Shown here: positions 1-10,600 of the stretch, in pieces
How the letters are laid out: every line of letters starts with the position of its first letter
Position numbering within the stretch: the stretch's first letter is position 1
From: a virus
Virus record (IMG/VR): IMGVR_UViG_3300042907_001596
Coordinates: 32,001 to 96,000 of that record
Direction: 5' to 3' (one strand)
Length of the DNA stretch: 64,000 nucleotides
The notes under the pieces: generated by a model
Seen by the model: the letters and a program-made list of their open reading frames with translations, nothing else
Database searches by the model: none
Told to the model about the DNA's origin: nothing
Made by a program: the position numbers and the translations under genes

Positions 1-13
1 TGCTTTCACCTCC

Positions 14-289
14 GTGGGTGGAGAGAGCCGAAGATGTACTCGACCGGGTGGAGGGATGGTAATGGTGGGTAAGCACTCAGCCGCAGCACTGGAGGGTTTC
101 CGGTCGCTGAATCCGGCGCAAATACTGGAGATCGGTCGGTACTGGGATGCCGTCGACAAAATCAAAGAACACATGCGCGACGACGACAACTTCTGCGGTT
201 GCGGCGAGTCGTTCGATGACGACCAGGGGTGGGCCGAACATCTCGCCAACAACCTCTTCCCCCACAAAAGCGTGATCCGCAGTGGCTGA
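14..289 (+). CDS. hypothetical protein (start may lie upstream)
   Basis: ORF with CxC motif, overlaps next gene. Confidence 0.5.
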   Translation: MGGESRRCTRPGGGMVMVGKHSAAALEGFRSLNPAQILEIGRYWDAVDKIKEHMRDDDNFCGCGESFDDDQGWAEHLANNLFPHKSVIRSG

Positions 290-536
290 CCCCGACATTA
301 TCGACACCCAACTCACGTTGCACTTCGGGGCGACGCTGTCGGTCACCGGCGGCAACGGCTACAACGACTGGATCAAGCCCGCCGCCAGCTACTCCATCAA
401 GTGGTCTGGAGTGCCCAGCGAGGAGCAGATCCGGCTGGCCACCACCTTCATTCAAACCCAAGTGCTCTCGCCCATTCTGGAAGAGATCATCGTTACCGCC
501 CAAGACCGGCTGGAAGAAGCACGAAAGGGTCGCTGA
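282..536 (+). CDS. hypothetical protein
   Basis: Coupled ORF, protein-like composition. Confidence 0.6.
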   Translation: MADPDIIDTQLTLHFGATLSVTGGNGYNDWIKPAASYSIKWSGVPSEEQIRLATTFIQTQVLSPILEEIIVTAQDRLEEARKGR

Positions 537-600
537 TGGAGTTCGTCGTCGTTGCCGTCGTCATTGCCGGGATGCTGCTGCACCACAAGTTCATCCGCAA

Positions 601-750
601 ATGACTACGTCGTACATGCTGTCGCACCCCGACCACAAACCCTTTTTGGTGATTATCCTTCAGGACGACGACGAAGTCATCGCCATCATTCAGGACTTCA
701 TCGCGTCCTGCGTTGCTGTCGGTTGGTCTGTCGATCCCCAACTGTTATAG
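601..750 (+). CDS. small hypothetical protein
   Basis: ATG 601 (MTTSYML...) overlapping the upstream stop. Confidence 0.4.
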   Translation: MTTSYMLSHPDHKPFLVIILQDDDEVIAIIQDFIASCVAVGWSVDPQLL

Positions 751-817
751 CCGTCTGTTAGCATGGTTATTGGATGGAGACAATCGCTCCGTCTGGAGGA
801 TCGAAGGAGACGCGATC

Positions 818-1546
818 ATGGCAAAAGATCTGGTGGGATTCCCCGACGGAAACGACCCGCTCAACCGGGTATTTCGGGTGGCTCAGGAGAAGGCGCTGCT
901 GGAACTTGTCGGCAGCAAAGCGGCGGCGCAGAAGTCGGCGCACACCACAGTGGCACAGCGCAAAGATAAGCTGCGCCAGTCTTTGGAGGACTACGACGTA
1001 GACAGGCTGCTGGAACTTCAGCAGAAAATGTCGTCGTTCATCGACATCCTGACCGGCGACAGTATCGCCACCACCAACGGTGGGCGTGTCCTCGACGGCA
1101 CCCGCGCCGCCGACCTGATGAAGCGCTTCCTCGACCAGCGTGACATTGACGAACTGACATCGGTGGTGCGCGACCTCATCAAAGAGACGGTGTACGGGCA
1201 CATCGACGCCCTGCTGGAAGCCAGCGACGTGGAGGATCCTGAAGCCCACAACGGCTCCCTGGAGGTGCCCGAACTGGGCAAGCGGTTTTGCCGGGAAGGT
1301 GCGGGATACAAAGATCCTGAGTTCGACACCGTCCGGCTCAAGGAGCTTCTGGGCGAGCGTGCCGCCGACATCTTCGACACTGAAGAGGTGCCGGAGCAGA
1401 TCATCCCCGCGCACACCGAAGAGGTCTTCTCCATTGAGAAGGCGCTCCGGCTGGGCCAGCGCGACCCTGCCGTGATGGAAATCCTCCGCGACTGCCTCAC
1501 ACCCGGTGCGCTCAAGTCGTCCCGGTTCGTGGTGCGTGACTTATGA
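818..1546 (+). CDS. hypothetical protein
   Basis: GAAGGAGA RBS before ATG 818; long ORF. Confidence 0.7.
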   Translation: MAKDLVGFPDGNDPLNRVFRVAQEKALLELVGSKAAAQKSAHTTVAQRKDKLRQSLEDYDVDRLLELQQKMSSFIDILTGDSIATTNGGRVLDGTRAADLMKRFLDQRDIDELTSVVRDLIKETVYGHIDALLEASDVEDPEAHNGSLEVPELGKRFCREGAGYKDPEFDTVRLKELLGERAADIFDTEEVPEQIIPAHTEEVFSIEKALRLGQRDPAVMEILRDCLTPGALKSSRFVVRDL

Positions 1547-1555
1547 GAGGACATT

Positions 1556-2053
1556 GTGGCCGACGACCTGATGGACGGCGTAGACAAGTTTTACTCCACG
1601 GCGGAGGCTGCTGAGTTCTTCGGACGCAGCAATCAGTGGATGTACTACTGCATGCGCAACGGAAGGTTCACCTACGCGCCGGTGTGGCATGTTCGCAGCA
1701 CCAGCGAAAAAGCTGAGTGGCACCGCTATACCCAGCACCCCTTTGAGGAACTGCGGGGCCGATTCACGTCGGTGACTGAACCCGACCTCACTTTAACGGT
1801 GTTGGGCGAGGCCGAACATCACATGGAGTGGCGCAACGAAGCGGGCACGCTGACGTTCAAATACTTTGCGGATCCGATTGAACCGATTCGCATCGGCCTG
1901 ACCAACCGGCGGCGGTTCACCCTCCCGGTGATCCGCGAAATCGCATTGTCGTGCTACCGGCTGGGCAACTTCAAAGAGGACGAACTCAAGACAGTTTTGA
2001 CGCGGATATTTGTCGCAGAGTTTGGCGAGTCGGCCACGGAGATCCCGACCTGA
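1556..2053 (+). CDS. helix-turn-helix DNA-binding protein (excisionase/MerR-like N-terminus)
   Basis: FYSTAEAAEFFGRSNQWMY HTH pattern; RRRFTL wing. Confidence 0.6.
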   Translation: MADDLMDGVDKFYSTAEAAEFFGRSNQWMYYCMRNGRFTYAPVWHVRSTSEKAEWHRYTQHPFEELRGRFTSVTEPDLTLTVLGEAEHHMEWRNEAGTLTFKYFADPIEPIRIGLTNRRRFTLPVIREIALSCYRLGNFKEDELKTVLTRIFVAEFGESATEIPT

Positions 2054-2062
2054 GCCAGTAAA

Positions 2063-2866
2063 ATGCTGTGTCAGAAGGAGACACCCTTGACACTCAACAG
2101 CATGCTGCTTTCTGACGCCGAACTGCGTCGGCTGCTGGCAGAACACCCCGAGCTTCGCGCCGACCCCGACGAATACTGCCCGACCTGCGCCAAAGTCGGC
2201 ACCTACCGCTGGCAAGGCCAAGAGTATCTGTGCGATTGCGCCACCCAGCTTCGGCTCTACAAGCGATACTTAGCCAGCGGCATCGGCGTCCCGTATCAGC
2301 GGCTGTCGTGGGTTGACATCGACCCCGAAGTCCTCACCCGGCTCGCCCCGATTATGGAGTTTCTGGAGAACCCTGAGCCGTACATCTCGCGGGGAATCGG
2401 GGTGTGGCTGTGGGGGCCACCGGGCACCGGCAAGACGATGGTGGCCACCCTCATCCTCAAAGACCTGATCGGCAAGGGGCACTACGGATTCTCCGCCTCC
2501 CAAGCCTCCACCGTCGAAGCCTTCACCGCCGGGTGGGGTGGGAACACCGACGAGAAAATGTGGTTCCAAGAGAAGTTTCTGCGCAGCCGGGTGCTGCTGC
2601 TGGATGAACTGCGCCCCGGCACCACCCGCCTGGACGAGTCGACATTCGACCATATTCTGCGCACCCGCGTTCACAACGGACGCCCGACGATCATCACCAC
2701 CAACCTCACCCCCAGCGGGCTGGAGAGTGGCTACGGATCCTCCATCTTGTCGCTGCTGGTGGAGCAGTCCGTCACCGTCAACCTGACCGGCTTCAACTTC
2801 CGCAGCCAAGCGCACGACCGGGTGATGGCGGAGATTCGCGCCAAAGAGACAAGGCCGATCGTATGA
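2063..2866 (+). CDS. DnaC/IstB-like AAA+ helicase loader
   Basis: Walker A GPPGTGKT, Walker B LLLDE, TTN sensor, N-terminal Cys motifs; next to helicase. Confidence 0.85.
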   Translation: MLCQKETPLTLNSMLLSDAELRRLLAEHPELRADPDEYCPTCAKVGTYRWQGQEYLCDCATQLRLYKRYLASGIGVPYQRLSWVDIDPEVLTRLAPIMEFLENPEPYISRGIGVWLWGPPGTGKTMVATLILKDLIGKGHYGFSASQASTVEAFTAGWGGNTDEKMWFQEKFLRSRVLLLDELRPGTTRLDESTFDHILRTRVHNGRPTIITTNLTPSGLESGYGSSILSLLVEQSVTVNLTGFNFRSQAHDRVMAEIRAKETRPIV

Positions 2867-4104
2867 GTCTGGAACACCGCCTGCTCTCCCACCTGACTGA
2901 CGCCGCAGAGATAGCGCGGGTCTGGGAGATCGGCGTGCGCTCCGAAGTCTTTGAAGAGCCGCTATGCCAGGCCGCGTACAACTTCATCATCGACTACTGG
3001 CTGTACAACCAGATGGACAAAGCACCGACGACGCTGGTGATCGTCACGGAGTTCCCCGGCCTCAAGCTGACCGACGAACTAGATGAGGCAACCTCGTGGT
3101 TGGCCGAGACACTGATGCGCCGCTACGCCACCAACCGGCTCAACGAAATGCTGACCGAAGCCGCCGTCACCGCGCCGGAAGATCCCGTCGGAACCCTCAA
3201 GTCTCTCCAGTCGGCTACTTACGCCGCGACCGAAGTGGTCACCCCCCGGCATAGCCGTTCTGATATGTCGAACATCCACGAGCGCAGGCAACGCTACGGC
3301 GAGCGGGTCGACCACCACGGTCAGGGCATCACGCTAGGGCTGGCCGAACTCGACGCCCACACCAACGGTCTGCTGCCCGGTGAACTGTGCGCCGTCGGGG
3401 CGTTCAGCAAGGTTGGCAAGACGATGTTCCTCGTCAACGCCGCCGTCGCCGCCCGCCGCTCCGGCCGCACCCCGATCATCTTTACGCTGGAGATGAGTTG
3501 CCGGGAGGTGGAGGACAGGATCGACGCGCTGTACTCCGGCGTCTCGTACAACCGGTTCATCCACGGCGAGTTGTCGCCCGACGAGATCGCACTGCTGCAC
3601 CGTAGCCAAGACGAGATGCAGACGCTAGGCCCGCTGTACGTCGAACGCCCCGAACGCGGCGAGCGCACCGTCGCACTGATGGTCAACCGTGCCCGCCAGC
3701 TAGGGGCCGACTACGTCATCATCGACCAACTCAGCTTCATCGACGGGGAGAAGGACAACTATCGGGGCGACCGGCCGTTGACCCAGAAGCACTCCGACAT
3801 CGTGTTCGCGCTGAAAGATGAGATCAGCCGGGAAAGCCGGGGGGCCATCCCTTGCCTGCTGGCCGTCCAGTTCAACCGGGACTCCCTCAACGAGGTCAGC
3901 CTGAAGTCTTTCGCCAACACCTCCGCGATCGAACAGACGGTCGACCTCGCGCTGGGCTTGAGCCGCACCTCCGATATGCGGGCCAACCGGCTGATGCGCC
4001 TCGACGTGCTGGGTGCCCGCCGCTCCGACATTGCCAGCTATTTGCTGCGGTGGGATCTGAGCCACCAAAGTCGGATCAGTGTGGATGAAGAGATCCACGA
4101 CTAG
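2863..4104 (+). CDS. dnaB: DnaB-like replicative helicase
   Basis: AFSKVGKT, FTLEM, IIDQL, AVQFNR, IEQTVD motifs. Confidence 0.88.
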   Translation: MSLEHRLLSHLTDAAEIARVWEIGVRSEVFEEPLCQAAYNFIIDYWLYNQMDKAPTTLVIVTEFPGLKLTDELDEATSWLAETLMRRYATNRLNEMLTEAAVTAPEDPVGTLKSLQSATYAATEVVTPRHSRSDMSNIHERRQRYGERVDHHGQGITLGLAELDAHTNGLLPGELCAVGAFSKVGKTMFLVNAAVAARRSGRTPIIFTLEMSCREVEDRIDALYSGVSYNRFIHGELSPDEIALLHRSQDEMQTLGPLYVERPERGERTVALMVNRARQLGADYVIIDQLSFIDGEKDNYRGDRPLTQKHSDIVFALKDEISRESRGAIPCLLAVQFNRDSLNEVSLKSFANTSAIEQTVDLALGLSRTSDMRANRLMRLDVLGARRSDIASYLLRWDLSHQSRISVDEEIHD

Positions 4105-4129
4105 AAAGGGTGACACCAAGGAGGTGGCG

Positions 4130-4282
4130 ATGAACAAATACTTCGATGCGGAGCTTTACCACGACGACACCTGGGAGGTGTATGACCCAGGCACAGCCAA
4201 AACCATCGCGCTCTTTTACGACAAAGACCTGGCCGAAGACTATATCCGGTGGCTCAACAAGAAGAAGAAGATCCGGTCGTGA
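4130..4282 (+). CDS. small hypothetical protein
   Basis: AGGAGG RBS before ATG. Confidence 0.6.
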   Translation: MNKYFDAELYHDDTWEVYDPGTAKTIALFYDKDLAEDYIRWLNKKKKIRS

Positions 4283-4554
4283 CTCGCAGAGGAGTCAAGC
4301 TCGCCCCCGCACCCCGCCGCGAACTCCCCATCTACCCTCGTCCCTGCCCCGACGACTGCGGGAAGATGCTGACGAATTGGACGCACGCCTGCTTTCCCGC
4401 CCCTTGGTGGGATCCGCCGGGGCTGCCACCCCGCCCGATGGCCGACCGGTGCGCTGCTCATACGCACTGCTCTTACCGCGACGACGACCCCGGTCGGTGT
4501 TCTCTATGCCACGCCACCCCCACCACCTGCTGCTGCGGGAAGACCGATGAGTGA
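4279..4554 (+). CDS. Cys/His-rich hypothetical protein
   Basis: GTGA overlap; many Cys. Confidence 0.45.
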   Translation: MTRRGVKLAPAPRRELPIYPRPCPDDCGKMLTNWTHACFPAPWWDPPGLPPRPMADRCAAHTHCSYRDDDPGRCSLCHATPTTCCCGKTDE

Positions 4555-4744
4555 AGACGACACCACCAGGATCATCTGCGCGGCGTGCCGGACAGTACTG
4601 GGGTTCGGCTGCGCCAAAGAGGAGATGACCCGCCTGGCCTACGCTCACCACGAAGTCTGCACCGCATCCAAAGAGGATTACGAGCAGGCGGTGTTCGACC
4701 TGAAGTTCAAGGCTATGGTGAGAGACATGCGGGTCGATGATTAG
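4547..4744 (+). CDS. small putative Zn-binding protein, paralog of 19602..19841
   Basis: CAAC...H..C; similar to 19602 ORF. Confidence 0.6.
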   Translation: MSEDDTTRIICAACRTVLGFGCAKEEMTRLAYAHHEVCTASKEDYEQAVFDLKFKAMVRDMRVDD

Positions 4745-5789
4745 TCGGCGGATGTATCAGCAGTATCGTCGCCGCCTCGACGGCAGGCTGCTGCTGGAGC
4801 ATTATGGGGCGCAGAACTGTAGTGAGCAGGCAGGGCCGGACGGCACCACCGAGATCATCCACTCCTGCCTCCTCGACCGGGTGGAGCCGCACCACTCCAA
4901 CGGCGACCAGAACCCGTCGGCCTGCTTGAACGTCGACAAAAAGGTGTACGTTTGCTATTCGCTGGGGTGGGGTGGGGATCTGTTCCGGCTCATTCAAAAG
5001 TTGGAGGATGCGCCCAGCCTGGCCGATGTCACCCCGATGGTCGGGTCGATGCTTACTGGATCCACCCAGGACTCCGATGCGGTGGTAGCCGAAATCAACA
5101 GCTACTTCACCCAGCACGCCCACACCGACGCCCCGCTGCCGACCTACTCCGACCGGATCTTGACGCCGTGGATGGTGTCCCACCCTTACCTGCGGGAGGA
5201 GCGGGGAATCAGCCAAGGTGCCCACGAGATGCTGCGGCTGGGATACGACGCCGACGTGAATCGGGTGGTGTTCCCGCACTTCGTCCACGGCGATCTGGTG
5301 GGGTGGCAAACTCGCGCCATTCCGGCGCGGGACGGCTGGCCGGGAACTGACCCCGACTGGCCAAAATACAAATCGTCGTCGGGCTTCCCGAAAGCGGAAA
5401 CGCTGTACGCGATGGATCTGGCTCAGCGCCACCGCCCCGTCGTGGTGGTGGAGTCCCCGATGAGCGTGGCCAAAGCCTACAGCTTGGGGATCACCAACGT
5501 CGTCGCCACCTTTGGGGCGAAGGTCACCGACACTCAACTTCAGCTTCTGCGCGACTACCCCGGCGTCACCGTGTGGTTCGACGGCGACCCGGCGGGGCGC
5601 TCCGGTGAGCGCAAGCTGGTCGACGGGCTGCACACCCACACCGTAGTGTCCGTCGTGGTGCCCGAAGCCGAACGCGACCTGGGCGACTACAACGACGCCG
5701 ACGAGGTCACCAAAGCCATCGCCGGTGCGGTACCGGCTACCATGATGCGGGCCGAATATGCCCGCGCCGAACGGTACGGAAGGAGCTAG
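4737..5789 (+). CDS. DnaG-like DNA primase
   Basis: Zn-binding region (HSNGDQNPS..YVCY), TOPRIM VVES and FDGDPAG. Confidence 0.88.
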   Translation: MISRRMYQQYRRRLDGRLLLEHYGAQNCSEQAGPDGTTEIIHSCLLDRVEPHHSNGDQNPSACLNVDKKVYVCYSLGWGGDLFRLIQKLEDAPSLADVTPMVGSMLTGSTQDSDAVVAEINSYFTQHAHTDAPLPTYSDRILTPWMVSHPYLREERGISQGAHEMLRLGYDADVNRVVFPHFVHGDLVGWQTRAIPARDGWPGTDPDWPKYKSSSGFPKAETLYAMDLAQRHRPVVVVESPMSVAKAYSLGITNVVATFGAKVTDTQLQLLRDYPGVTVWFDGDPAGRSGERKLVDGLHTHTVVSVVVPEAERDLGDYNDADEVTKAIAGAVPATMMRAEYARAERYGRS

Positions 5790-5791
5790 CG

Positions 5792-6049
5792 GTGGGAAAA
5801 AGCAAAGTCACCATCCGCACGTTGTCGTCGGGGGAAAAGGTGCATCACTACCCGCCGGACGATGATCACCCCGACGGCCGGATGGTGCTGATCCCACACG
5901 ACGAACTGGCCGACAGCATTATGGAGCAGCAGGACGCCAACGCCGCTACGCTGTCCGACCTTCAGGTCTTCCACCACTCGCTGGTGCGGGAAAAGAACGA
6001 GGCTGAAGCCGCCCACCCCGCAGTGCCGCCGGAGAAGCGGTTCGTCTAA
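5792..6049 (+). CDS. hypothetical protein
   Basis: AGGAG RBS; coupled ORF. Confidence 0.6.
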   Translation: MGKSKVTIRTLSSGEKVHHYPPDDDHPDGRMVLIPHDELADSIMEQQDANAATLSDLQVFHHSLVREKNEAEAAHPAVPPEKRFV

Positions 6050-6108
6050 TTCTGTACTCATCCCGCGACCACGTTCCTGGGCTGGGTTATCCAAGTTGCA
6101 ACCGCGCT

Positions 6109-6672
6109 TTGGCGAGGATCCCGCCCAACACTAACGACCCCAACGGCTACTACGCCGAGTTGGGTCTTGCGCCGTGGGCCGACCGCGCCGCCATCCACCG
6201 GACGCTGCGCCGCCAGATGCGCCAATACCACCCCGACGGCACCGACCCCGACCCCCACCTTTACAGCCGGTATGCGGAGATCGCGGAGACGCTATTGCAC
6301 CCCGGCCGCAAAGCTGCTTACGACCGGCTGGCCGACGGTCTGCTGCTGGTGGACTCCCGCGTGCGGGAGAAAGCCGACCAGGCCGGAATCCCGATCAACA
6401 CCATCACCGAACCTGTCTCCACAATGGGAACTCACTACGATTGGTTTGCTTCCCGCCCGCGTGTCACTGACGGAAATGTCGCACAGCGCTGGTACCGTTC
6501 TTTCGTAGCGGTAGCCCCGATGTTCAACTACACCAGGGCAATCCGTGTACTGCTACACGACGAAGGGCCTAAGTGGATCGGGGATGCAGGAATGATGGTC
6601 ATCCCCCGCTCTTGGGAGCCGACAAGCGGTAACGCTTTCGCCCTCTTCGCCGTTGTGGTGCCAACGAAATGA
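6109..6672 (+). CDS. DnaJ (J-domain) protein
   Basis: YYAELGL...YHPD...RKAAYD. Confidence 0.85.
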   Translation: MARIPPNTNDPNGYYAELGLAPWADRAAIHRTLRRQMRQYHPDGTDPDPHLYSRYAEIAETLLHPGRKAAYDRLADGLLLVDSRVREKADQAGIPINTITEPVSTMGTHYDWFASRPRVTDGNVAQRWYRSFVAVAPMFNYTRAIRVLLHDEGPKWIGDAGMMVIPRSWEPTSGNAFALFAVVVPTK

Positions 6673-6690
6673 TGACACAAAGGTGATGAC

Positions 6691-7563
6691 ATGGAATCTG
6701 GAATGGAAGCCCTCCGTAGGGCAATCGACGCAGGCAAAGATCGCGGATCCCGCACTTCGCGTCCGGCTGGTGAGTGGGAGAACCGCCTCAGCTACTTCAG
6801 TTGGAAAGCTGACGACGTTAAGGTGCTGCGCTTTCTGACCGATGACATCAAGATCAACTTGTACGCCGAGTTCGTTCTGTCGATCGACGGCAAGAGCCAG
6901 AACTTCCTGGTCGACCCCGACAACAATCTGGTCAAGAAGTACGGCGGCAAAACCCGCGAGCGCTACATCGACCCAAGCTCCCCGCTGATTGAACCCCCGC
7001 TGCGCGAGCGGGCCGCACTGGTGGCGGTGCTGCGCGAAGAGCGGTCACTAGGCGGCGGGCGCACCGAAGTGGTTGATGCCCTCACCGAACGCAGCAGCAA
7101 CAACCAGCAGCTTCCGGCCCGCACCTTCGGCATCGTCCGGCAGGGCTTGCGGAACTTTTGGCAGCAGGTGATGGAGTACGGCAACCGGTACGGCACCTTC
7201 TGCGACCGCGACTACGTCGTCAAGCGGATCGGCGGCGGGCTGGACACTACCTACTCCATCCTGGCGTGCGAGCCGATCGACGCGCTGCGCAAGCTGGAGG
7301 ATGTCCAAGCTCACTACGGTTACGGTAAGCCGTGGAATCCCGCCGACCCCGAACGCTTCCTGTACTGCCCGCAGACCATTGACGAGTGGGTGGAGTATTA
7401 CGGCGGCGAAGACCGGATCAGGCACTTCCTCGTCGGCAACGACGCCCCGGTGTCGTCGTCCACCACGACCACCACCTACACCGACGAGGCCCAGGCCGCA
7501 CCCCCACCGGGGGGCACCGACTTCGCGTCGCTGCGCGACCGCCTGATTCCTCACGCTAAGTAA
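6691..7563 (+). CDS. putative single-stranded DNA-binding protein
   Basis: LRFL and RDYVVKRIGGGLDTTY gp32-like pattern; upstream of polymerase. Confidence 0.6.
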   Translation: MESGMEALRRAIDAGKDRGSRTSRPAGEWENRLSYFSWKADDVKVLRFLTDDIKINLYAEFVLSIDGKSQNFLVDPDNNLVKKYGGKTRERYIDPSSPLIEPPLRERAALVAVLREERSLGGGRTEVVDALTERSSNNQQLPARTFGIVRQGLRNFWQQVMEYGNRYGTFCDRDYVVKRIGGGLDTTYSILACEPIDALRKLEDVQAHYGYGKPWNPADPERFLYCPQTIDEWVEYYGGEDRIRHFLVGNDAPVSSSTTTTTYTDEAQAAPPPGGTDFASLRDRLIPHAK

Positions 7564-7566
7564 TCC

Positions 7567-7602
7567 GCGCCGGGGGAGGGCAGGAGAACCCTCCCCCGGT
7601 GC
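7567..7602 (+). terminator. GC-rich hairpin between SSB and DnaE genes
   Basis: 14-bp stem gcgccgggggaggg / ccctcccccggtgc, no U-tract. Confidence 0.5.
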
Positions 7603-7623
7603 CATACTCCGCGAGGGGCCGAC

Positions 7624-10600
7624 GTGACTCAAGTTAACTTGCATTGCCATTCCGAACATTCCTTTCTCGACGGCTTCGCCTCCGTCTCCTCCATCGCCCG
7701 CCGGGTGCGCGAAGTCGGCTCCGACGCTGTCGCACTGACCGACCACAACGAGGTCAACGGCCACCTGGCCTTCCAGAAGGCGTGCCGGTCAGAAGGCGTC
7801 CACCCCATTCTGGGCATCGAAGCCGACTGGGTCACCGACATCGGCTGGACGCGGGAGAACCTGAAGTACCCGTCGAACCGCAGTCACATCTGCCTACTCG
7901 CCGCCGACAACACCGGGCTGTCTAATCTGTGGGCGCTGGCGTCGATGGCGTACACCGACAAGTACCGCTACCACAAGCCGCTGCTCGACCCCGACTTGAT
8001 GCGCCAATACAGCAAGGGCCTCTACGCCTCCGACGGCTGCATGATCACCCAGTTCTCCCGGTACATCGAAGCCGGGGACGACACCGGTGCCCGCAATCAG
8101 TTGGGGATCCTGGCCGACATTTACCGCGACAACCTATACGTCGAACTGCACACCTGGCAGTTCATCGACGCCGACACCGATGAGAAGCGCCGCCTTAACG
8201 ATCTGATGGGCCAGATCAACCGGGCGAAGGTGCGCTTTGCCACCGAGATGGGGCTGCCGATGGTGGTGGTCAACGATTCCCACCACGCCTACCCCGACGA
8301 CTGGGACAAAAAGGAGTTGGTCTGGGACTTCAACACCCGCAAGAACCCCGACCAGTCGTCGGAGGACTACGGCCAAAAAGCCGACCACCTGATGGGCGGG
8401 GATGAACTGCACCAGTGGATGAGCCGCCACGGTATCTCTGCGGACATAGTCGATGAAGCCATCACCAACGCCGCCGCCATCGCCGCCCGCTGCACCGCTG
8501 AAATCACCCCCACCCTCACCATGCCCCGGCTGACCAAGACCGACGCCGACGACGTGGCGATGCTCATTGACTTCTGCGAGCAAGGCTTCGCCGCCAAAGT
8601 CGTCAACGCCGGAGTCGACCATCCTGAGCAGTACTATGAGCGGCTGGAGGAGGAGCTTCGGCTGGTCATCGACAAGCGATTCTCCGGCTACTTCCTGACG
8701 GTGCGCGATTACGTTCACGCCGCCAAGACCGGGTCGTGGAGTCAGTACGTCTCCGGCGGTCAGAAGCACCCGATGCTCGTCGGCCCCGGCCGTGGCTCCG
8801 CCGGAGGATCCTTGGTGGCTTACCTGCTGGGCATCACCACCATCGACCCGATCCACTACAAGTTACTCTTCAGTAGGTTTCTGTCGGCCAGCCGCAAAGG
8901 CTACCCCGACATCGACTGCGACTTCCCGCAGAGCCTGCGCCCCGGCATCAAAGACTATCTGGCTGCCCGGTACGGAGCCGACCATGTCTGCGCGATCGGC
9001 ACCCTCACCCGCAGCCAGCCCAAAGCGATCCTCAAAGATCTGGGGCGGGCCATGAAGATCCCGATTGCGGACGTGATCGCGATGGGCAAGATCATCGAAG
9101 GTGTCTCCGCGATCCAAGCCGACGACGGCACCGACGACGATGCGTCGTGGGCGGAGATCGTTGAACGCAAAGGTGGGGCGCTAGCGGAGTGGGCACGCAA
9201 ATATCCCATCCTGTTTGAGCGCATCAACGACATGGCCGGGATCGTTCGCCAAGCCGGGGTGCATCCGTCCGGCGTGGTGGTCAGCAACCTGCCGATCTTG
9301 GGGGCGCTGCCGACGCGGGTCAAGAACGCCACCACCGCGACCCAACTCGACATGAACGAGTGCGAAGAACTGGGCGCGGTCAAGCTCGACCTGCTGGGGC
9401 TGCGCCACCTCGACACCCTGATGGTGGCCCGCGACATGGTGTGGGATCGCCACGGCTTCTGGTTGGACTACGTCGGGGTGGACGACCACAACGAGTCGGG
9501 CACCATCAACTTCGGCCCCGATCAGTACGCCGACCCCGACATCTGGGGGCAGATCGACGCGGGCCAGACCGCCGGGATATTCCAGTTGGAGACACCGGAG
9601 TTGACCCGGCTGTCGATGGAGATGAAGCCGCGCAACGAAGTCGATGTGGCGGCGCTGCTGTCGATCGTGCGCCCCGGCGTGAAAGATGCCCACCTCGACA
9701 AAGCCTATCTGCGCCGCCGCCATGGATTGGATCCCGTCGTCTACGACCACCCGGCGATGCAGCCGATCACCGAAGAGACGTACGGGATCTTGGTGTATCA
9801 GGAGCAGATGATGCAGGCGGCACGCGACCTCGCCGGGTTCTCCGCCGACGACGCCGACGATTTGCGCAAGATGCTGGGCAAGAAAAATGCCGCCGCGATC
9901 ACCGCTTGGGAAGGGAAGTTCGTCGCAGGCTGCTTGGGCAACCCGGCGTTCCGCGACCACTTCGCCTCCGAACCGCAAGCCCGCACCGCGATCAGCCACA
10001 TCTGGTCATCTATCAGTGCCGCCGGACGCTACGCCTTCAACAAGTCCCACGCCGTCGGCTACGCCACCATCTCCTGCTGGGAGATCTGGACGAAGCACTA
10101 TTACCCGCAGGAGTACATCGTCGCCCTGATGGCGACCGACTCCGACAACATCAACCGCTACCTGCGAGAGGCCCGAAAGCGGGGCATCGCCGTGCTGCCG
10201 CCGGACATCAACACCTCCGGCCGCAAGTTCACGTTGGGTGATAACGCGATCCGTTATGGTCTGGACACTATCCGTGGCGTCGGCAACTCTGCCGTCTCCG
10301 AAATCCTGGCCCGCCGCCCCTTCGCGAGCTTCGATGACTTCCTGAGTCGGGTACGCACCAATGCGTGCGGAAAAACCCAGATAGAAGCCCTCATCAAGAT
10401 TGGGGCCTTCGACGCCTTCGGGGATCGCACTGCACTGATGACGGCGTACCACGACCGGCGGATCCTCGACAAAATGGCACCGGGCAAGCTCGCCAAGATG
10501 GACGCCGACGAGCAGGTCATCCACGTCGCCACCTGGCGGGCTAAGCACGCCGGGGAAGAGTCCTACGTTAAAGAGTTCGCCGTCCCCGACTTTGCCGACG